Assembly (NCBI GenBank): GCA_040357565.1
Contig: JBDODJ010000065.1
Source of the DNA: Cercozoa sp. M6MM
Taxonomy: Eukaryota > Protista > Endomyxa: Ascetosporea
Strand: one strand, 5' to 3'
DNA: 61,114 nucleotides
Position 1 is the first letter of the stretch. Each line of letters opens with the position of its first letter. This document shows, piece after piece, positions 53,422 to 61,114 of this stretch. The translations under genes were made by a program, and so were the position numbers. Below the pieces are notes generated by a model. The model ran no database searches. It saw nothing but the letters and a program-made list of their open reading frames with translations, and had not been told where the DNA came from.

Positions 53422-53707
53422 TGTGAGTCGTGTCCTGTCCTCGTTATTCTGCAAACAAAGCTTGCAAACAAGCTAAAAAGCAAAGGAAAACTTGAGCAAG
53501 TTTGTTCAGCTCCCATGAACGTGCTTGTCAACCGTGAGAAAAGTACCCTTAGTCGAACGGTACAAAGATCGAGGCTCAGGAGAGGTTTCTTTTCTTCCGG
53601 GTGGCACGGCGTGTGCTCGGGACGGTCGTGTCATTTGATCGATCAGTGACTCGACGGTCTCCTTTGTCGGTTACTGGGAACGATGCCATGAGCGTTCGAG
53701 CCAGTTC

Positions 53708-53754
53708 GTTAGTTGAGTTTTAGAGCAAGTAGTTCCTGCACCAGTCTGGGGTGG
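53708..53754 (-). repeat. Copy C (truncated) of the structured element family
   Basis: GTTAGTTGAGT…GTAGTTCCTGCACCAGTCTGGGGTGG matches the reverse complement of 318-375. Confidence 0.75.
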
Positions 53755-53915
53755 CTAGCTTTTTTCAGCCGTGATCGCCACTGCCACGTTTCGTTTGACT
53801 AAACGAAACGAAACGAAACTGAAAATTCGCAATTGTGCGGCACAGTATATTACATGACATCGATTGCGCCGACGCAAACGGAAGCCGTCGAGTGCGCAGC
53901 TGGTTCTTAGTCAGT

Positions 53916-56095
53916 CTAAATGGTATCATCGTGCTCCTCGTGTGGCCGATCCAGGTCGCTGGTGAGGTTGGGATTGAGGTCTAAGGAATGGTCAAGAACG
54001 AAAGCGCTCTCGTTCTCGCCGATGGCAGAGACACCAGTAAAGGAGTCATCTAGCCTGACTGAGCACAGGACGGATAACTACCTGCATAATAGCAGAGAAT
54101 ACAGACTGAGGAAAGTACCCGGTCTGCTGCCCGCCAGCCGCCGCTGGGTCGAAATGGACTGCACAGCAGTAGCAAAAAGCGTCAGCGGGCGCACTCGAAA
54201 GCAAGTTGATTGGAATGGTACAGTGTCAAGCCGGGCTTGCGCCTGCACAGGCGATTCCTGCAAGGCGCATTGCTAAGGCAGCGAGAAGTGGAAGGGGGTG
54301 AGAAAGCAAAGCATACTGTGTATGCCGGCACAGGTTTCGCCACCGCCCGTCTGCAAGGAGGAACCGTAATAACACAGAGACACAGACACAGACACAGACA
54401 CAGACACAGACACACACAGACACACACAGACAGAGACAGAGACAGAGACACAGACACACACACACACAGTCAACTCGTAAGAGAGCGTACCGCAGTACGC
54501 GAGCAAAGGTGTTGCGAGAGCCCCGAACATGACGTGACTTGTTCGACTTTCTCTGTTGACCGATGGGCAGATTACACTCAAAAGACACTCAAGAAGAATG
54601 GGGAGGGTACGGCAGAAGAAACGATGCTGCGTTTCTTGCGAAGAACGGAACGCGGTTGCGTCAGGTCAACGACCGGCAGGGGCGTCGTGTTCTCTGCCTC
54701 CTCGTTCTCCTTGTCCTGGTCTTGCTCCTCGTCGTCTGGTGCTGCACATAGAGTTGTTTCTCCCTGCTGCTGTCGCTGCAAACGCACGAGATGAAAGTTA
54801 AGTTTACTCCGACTGTGAGCGCCTCGACTTTCCTGACTCAAGTCGACTGCTCACAACACAAAGTACATGTGTAAACATACACACATAGAGATTAAACTGT
54901 GATGTACTAGTACCTCCGAAATTCGGGCGAGCCTCCGCCGCGGCCTTTCGTTTCGGTTTTTTCCGAATGGCTTGCTCTGCAGGGAGAGATGACAAGGAAG
55001 TACAACTTTAAGACACACAGACACACGGGCGCACAGACACACCACAGAATGAGACTATACCAGATACATTGGGTTGAAACGCCTCATCGTGCTTCGGTTT
55101 GTGCGCGCGGCGTTTTTTCTTCTGTTTGCGCGATTTCGACTGCATTGATCATGAGAATATCGACAGAAACACAGCGACATAACAGTTAGAGTGAAGCTTA
55201 CCCTTTCAAGTTTCAGTTTCTGCAGTTGAGCGTGCTGCGGGCGAGCATCATCGTCTTCAGCCCCTTTGGTGGCAGCACGCTTTTCCTGCACACACATAAG
55301 CACATGCGTCACGTCTCTAAGATACGAAACACACTTAATTTACTTCAATGTTTGTCTTCAGCCAGTCAGGGAAGTCAGTCTCTTTCACATCATCCACTAC
55401 TTGGTCCATCAGCTCGTAACCCTAGATAAATTAATCACGTCTTGGCCACGTTCTGCAACAACAGAGTTTGAAAGGTTGGTACCAGCAGATAAATATCATC
55501 TCGACTAAGCTTGTTTGAGTCCTTGCGCTTCAGGTCCTCCGTCGTCTCGTTGTCGTCAATCAGCTTGAGCAGTTCCGCTACGCCCATGTCGGCGTCAATT
55601 GCGTTGAGCACGCCGCGCATTTTCTCTTTCCGCGGGTGATCGCGAGGCGTCTTGCGCAACTGCACATGAGTGAATCACAGAAATTTGCACCTGCTGCAGG
55701 TTGGAACGAAATTGTCGGGTACGGACAGCGACCCCTTGTCGTCAACGCTGATGTAGTACTCGGCCAAGCACTTGAAGATGCGAACCTTGCGCCTGTGCTC
55801 TTCGCTGGTGGTATCACTGTCGCCGTCACCGTCACTGTCACTGTCATCGACGTCGAGCCAGTCACTTTCGCTGTCCTCGACACCGTCATCATCCAAGACA
55901 CCGTCATCATCCAAGACACCGTCATCATCCAAGACACCGTCAACATCACCGTATTCGTCTTTTTCCCGTTCCTCCTCTTGGTTTTCCACATCCTCCTTCT
56001 CCTTCGTTTCTTCTCCCTCAACACACTCGTAGTCGAAGGTGTGCGAAGATCCTGCAAACACGCAAACGTACGCTTCCTTCCTTCCTTCCTTCCTT

Positions 56096-56164
<69 letters not shown>

Positions 56165-58483
56165 AGAGAGTGTGTGTGTGTGTATGTGTGTGTGCGTGTG
56201 TGTCCGAAGCAAAATGCGTACCAGCCGCGCGACTGCGCGCAAACTGCGACTGCGGGTCAAAACGTGCAGTGAAACTGCTTGCCTGCATGCATTGTGTCGA
56301 CATATTATTGCACACTAGGAGACAGACACACAAACACACTCCACAAACACAGACAAAGGTACAGGCCGTGGAGGCGCCATGACAGACGAAGGCACCTGGA
56401 CTGGCGGGCGACGTGGCACCTGCGGACGTGCTTCGTCAGATACAGCAGGCGCATGTGTCGAAACTAGCGTTGTTCTGGTCTCCGATGACTGCAGTCGCTT
56501 CTGTTGCTTCTGCCGTGCAAGTGTTAATAGACCTCTTGCACAGAGAAAAAAGTGAGCCGTACGAGCAGCGCGTGAATGTTCATCTTGAGCTGATCCTTCT
56601 CACGCTCGATTCGGTCTATCGTCTTTTTTCGGTCGTCTAACTCTTCCAAGAGGTCGTTCTGCGTTTTCTGTTGTCAAACAAAAAGATACGCGCACACAAA
56701 CATAGATAAAAACACAAGCACACAAAATGTATATATATATACGCGCTATACCTCAGACTTTTCCTTGTCGAGCTGCAGCTTTAGTCTCTCAGCCTGCGTA
56801 CGCAGACAGTTTACAAACAGACGATATACGAGTCGAGATTCGTACCTCCCATGTCTTTTGCCGCTGCGCCATTTGATCGCGGAGCTCGTCCAACTGCTTT
56901 CTGAGCTCGGCATTCTGTTCTTCATTCTCGGCATTTTGTTTTTCAAGCTTCGCAAGAAAACACGGTTTGTGTCAAACATAACAGAGGTGAGCAATGGGCA
57001 GCGAACCTGTTGTTTGCTCTGTGTCTCACGCGCGCGCATCTTGCGCTCGTTTTCGAGCAAGCCGCGCGTTTGTTCCTTGTCCTGCAGTGACGGCACACGG
57101 CGGCATGAAAACAACAGAACGCAGGCAGGGAAACAAAGTGAAGCGACAAAGGTACGCGCTGCAGCTTGGTGACATCAGCCTCCAGGTCCGAGCATCTGTT
57201 TTCGAGTATGATTTTTTCGTTCTCCAGGTTTTGTGTGCCACACTCCTACAATTTAAGTGCTATCGCTCACTTGCATATGCTCATTTCTGTGTGTACAGTA
57301 CCTTCTTCTCCAGTAACTGGATCAATCGCTGTGTGAGCACGTGGTAAAACATAAAGTGCGTTAAAACACCAGGTCTGGAGCGAAAAAAATACCTCAACCT
57401 CTTTCCCCTTCTCGTCATGCAACAGTTCACACTTTTCTTTTTCTCGTTCAGCTTGCTTTTGTAACTGCGCTTGTTGTTGCGTGGCTGCGGCCAAGTTGAC
57501 TTGCAGCGCCGCAATGACATCGCGTTCGATGCCTGTCTCGTCTGCATCGTCGTCACCGTCATCACTGTCATCCTGTCGATCCTGTTCGTGACACCGTGTT
57601 GCGAGTTTTTCAGCCAGCCCTTGCCTACGAAAACGGCAGTGTCAGAACAACCCACATCAATGCAGTCAATAGAGGTGTGCAACATTGATGTGTAAACACA
57701 ACAAAAACACACAGACGCACCTCTGCTCGTCGGTCAAGCCTGAAACAGCAAGAAGCCGCGCAATCTTTCCAATGATTTTTCGCATGTGTCGCTTCGTTTC
57801 CGCCACTTCTCTATAGGGACAGATGTGACAATGGAGTGACAGACATAATAAATACCCCCCCCCCAGTCTACCTCTGGTGATGACGTTGTTGGAACTCCAC
57901 CACCTTGCGCACCTGCAACATGGTTCTTGCGACCGCTGCTTGCTGCCGTTGTTGTTGTTGGTGCTGTTGCTGCAGTTGCTCTTGTGCCGAGTACTGGAAG
58001 AGAGGCAGCACGGAAGAGGAACATGTGCAGTGGACACAACAGGCGAACGTGGGGTGTAGATACCGAGTCTGTGATACTTCGAACAGAGTTGATCTTTCTG
58101 GCGGTGCGCACCACTCTGGACAAATACAGAAACACAGCGATAGAAATCTGCAGATGACAGTGACAGTTCACGGGAGCGACTTACTCAACGCCAGTGGCTT
58201 CAACACCAAAGTTGAGCGAAAACTTCGCGCGGCTTGGATCCCCATCCTTCGAGACACATATGAGAGCCACCTGTGCTCAACACACAGAGTTTATCTCATC
58301 AGCATACCGACAATAGAGATGCACAGCACAGGCGGGTACCGAGTAGCCAGATTCGCGAACCCAGGGTTTCAACAGACCACTGAGAGTGTCATACGGCGTC
58401 GCCGTCTCAGATCGCGCTGATATATGCAAGCGCACATACTGATGAGCACACATACACACACACGCACACACACAGACAGACAC

Positions 58484-58518
<35 letters not shown>

Positions 58519-59849
58519 CACACACACACACACAGACACACACAGACACACACAGACACGGACACACACAGACACACAGGTACAAGACAAAAGGAAAGGC
58601 AGTGTACACATATGCCACAACATCGTTTTCAGATGCGAAAGCGAGCTGTTGATGCTGTTGCGTTCTCCCACGTTGCCGCCGTCTTCGTCTCGCTCCTGCT
58701 CCCAAAAACAGACCTCACAAGTACCAATATCAACAAGTTCCAAGGCCATAACTGCCTGTCATTTCGCAGGTGTAAAACCAATGGTACCAAACCAGCGAGG
58801 TCGCAGATAAGAACACTTCCAGCAACGCGGGGGCCGCTTTCAGTGGACTGCATGAGGCGCAGGTAGTACAGGGCGTGCGTGCGACTCGATTGCTTGTTTC
58901 GCTTGTTGCTGCCGACGTTGCGAGCGTCGCTTCCTTGTTTCAATACCTGGAGTCACCTCACGCATGCAACAGCATTGCATCTCTATTGCATCTGTATCAC
59001 AGAACATGAAAAGACACCTTCAAGGCTTGTTGCTCGGAGTGCAGAGAAACGGCATTGGCACGGGGACGTATGTCGTGTTTCTTGTACAGCAGCTTGCGCG
59101 AGCACACGTTGCTTGTGCGCACTTCTTTCAGCAGGTCATCGACACCTTCGGCTTGAATCTGCACCATCTGTAGCTCGAGTTGCAGTTGCGTGCTACCTGT
59201 CGACACATCCAACAGGCGCTGCACAATGCGCGGCAGGAGGCCTGCACAGACGGGGGGGGTGCAAAGTGACACAACGACACAAGAAACGAAACGAGCTACC
59301 CCATTCATCTTTGTTTGGCCCGCCTTGCACCGAATACGTCTTACCGGCGCCGGTGACGCCGTACGCAAAAAGCACACTCGAGGCGCCGTTCAAGGCCAGA
59401 GCACATTCGCATATCTTCGAGCCCAGCTTCTTCGCAAAAGAAGATGCGACAGTCATTCAGTCATATTGGGAGAAACGCACCTCGAAAACATCGTCTTGCG
59501 TGCATTCGTCACCCAAAACGTCATCGTACGGGAATTCGGCGCCATCGCACTGAACCTTGATTCTGCACAAAGCAAACAGGAGACTTGTTGTTTGGTCAGT
59601 TGTTTGGACAGTACAAAAGCGACAAGATACTTTTCTGACTTTGCGTCACGAGGAAACACCTTGACAACCGATTCTTCTACGGGCGCTGGCTTTAAACGCA
59701 GCACAGCCCGCACGCGCCTGCAAAATCAGTCCACAAATCAATCCCGCCACATCATTCCCGCCAAATAGCGCAGACGAACCCCAGGCGCCTGGGGTTGAAA
59801 ACACAACAAAACATGAGGCAACTCACCTAGACGCAGTGCGACCCGTCAT
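53916..59849 (-). CDS. Divergent N-terminal-motor kinesin with long coiled-coil/low-complexity tail
   Basis: [11 protein letters not shown]-loop [18 protein letters not shown], switch [10 protein letters not shown], switch II DLAGL/ER, INSSL. Joining the tail exons to 53916 is inferred. Confidence 0.78.
56098..56200. repeat. (GA)n-(GT)n compound microsatellite in intron
   Basis: Seen directly. Confidence 0.95.
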
Positions 59850-60110
59850 CCTGCTGGCCTGATTGCAGACCAGATGGGTGAGCGTGATGCAGCGATCTGG
59901 CACCCTGCGCTGGTCCGGTGCAAGCTTTCACCAGTGGTAGTTGCACACTGACGCGTCTAAGGGTAGTGCTAAGCCTAGCGTTGCTTTCAGCACTATCAGA
60001 GCCAAAACCCGCGGACTCGTCTCGAATCAGTCCGAATTTGCAACTTGAGCCCAAGTACAGACCACGCTTATTACAGCTGTGCTGTTGCGTGAAGGTGTGT
60101 GTTTTGCGAA

Positions 60111-61043
60111 ATGGACATCGAAGAGGTGCTGAAGCGTGCGGAAGGCTTTGACCAGGCCACAGATGCAGGAACTTTGGTAAATCTGTTGCATTCTCTTAAA
60201 GTATCCGCGGGCGAGGCTGTGTGTGTTTTGAGTCTCTAGTCGAGCGTCCTGCAGCGACTGCTACGAAAGAACGCACAGGTCCGCGCAGAAGCGAGTGAGC
60301 CCGTCAGTGACAACGAGAGAACGAGAAAGCTCGTGGCGCAGAGTGATGAGGAGGTGGCCAAACATCTGGAGACAATGATGTCGCTTGCAGCGGAACCCGA
60401 AAGCTACCCGGGTTTTGTGAAATGCGGCGGTGTTGTCAACTGCATCGTAAGCTATTCTCACTTTGTTTGTGTCTGTCTTTCGTGCCTTTATTGTGTTGCC
60501 TGTCTTGCAGAACGCTCTGGTGCACGAGAGCACGCGTGTGGCGGCGAGTGCGGTTGAGTTGTGTTTTTTGAAGTCACAGAGAAAGTTGGAACTGGTTTTG
60601 TCGGTTTGGTAGACGCGTCTGATAGACGAACTGGTGGACACGGACACTCCCAGAGAGTGTGCGCCTTTGCTGACGGAACTGCTGCGCATGCAGGCGCCGG
60701 CCTTGCTGCTGCGCAACCTGCGTCGCTTCGACGAGTGTACCGACTGTTTTTGGTCCCTTGTGTTGACGACGATTGTAGCTGGCAGGCCAAGCGACGGAAG
60801 GACTGGCCGTGTACTGGTCTATGTCGGTGCTGGAGTCGCTGTGCGAACTGGACCTACGCTCGCTCATGCGACAGCTGCTGCCACAGGAGGCTCCGGGCAC
60901 TGAGGGCCGAGGCGACTTGTTTCTCTGGCTACTGCTACGTATCACGGCCACGCTCGATGACACTGCTGACGTTGGTACCTTTTGCATCTGTGTGTGTGTC
61001 TGTCTGTGGGACCAAATGACACGTGTGTGTGTGTGGCGTGTAT

Positions 61044-61114
<71 letters not shown>
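60111..61114 (+). CDS. CTNNBL1: Beta-catenin-like protein 1 (Prp19 complex), 5' part only
   Basis: LLRKNAQVR, QSDEEVAKHLETMMSLAAEPESY, ALVHESTRVA, LIDELVD, LLLRNLRRFDE, SVLESLCEL; runs off the window inside an intron. Confidence 0.8.
61024..61114. repeat. (GT)n microsatellite at window end
   Basis: Seen directly. Confidence 0.95.

Noticed and set aside
60552-60612. Apparent frameshift in CTNNBL1 and in-frame stops in other genes (recoding or alternative genetic code)
   Set aside because: Every case examined was resolved by a short GT-AG intron, and all three stop codons terminate genes.

Overview
Gene-dense, intron-rich eukaryotic (protist-like) nuclear DNA. About 27 spliced protein genes, reconstructed by eye, mostly with 45-70 nt GT-AG introns and mostly arranged as tight head-to-head pairs. 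Recognisable genes: a DEDDy 3'-5' exonuclease, TBC1D19, RNF32, PC4/SUB1, a divergent cyclophilin, an ankyrin protein, NDUFB9, adrenodoxin reductase, TDP1, MED7, an ASA1/GNB1L-like WD40 protein, a flavin-reductase-like protein, SNF8, KMO, DBP5/DDX19, MECR, an SLC38/AVT transporter, calreticulin, a WH2/actobindin-like protein, a kinesin and CTNNBL1 (partial). The supplied ORF track is mostly spurious or partial because of splicing, and exon boundaries are approximate. Best leads: (1) a dispersed family of structured non-coding elements with compensatory stem changes (about 65-560, 29236-29460, 53708-53754), sitting just beyond gene 3' ends; (2) a strand-specific TTCAGTT motif 35-145 nt downstream of 10 stop codons, a candidate non-AAUAAA 3'-end signal; (3) a stand-alone protein with a MYCBP2-type tandem-cysteine (RCR) domain that keeps both relay cysteines; (4) a divergently transcribed pair of orphan paralogous type-I membrane proteins. 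There are three 100-N assembly gaps.
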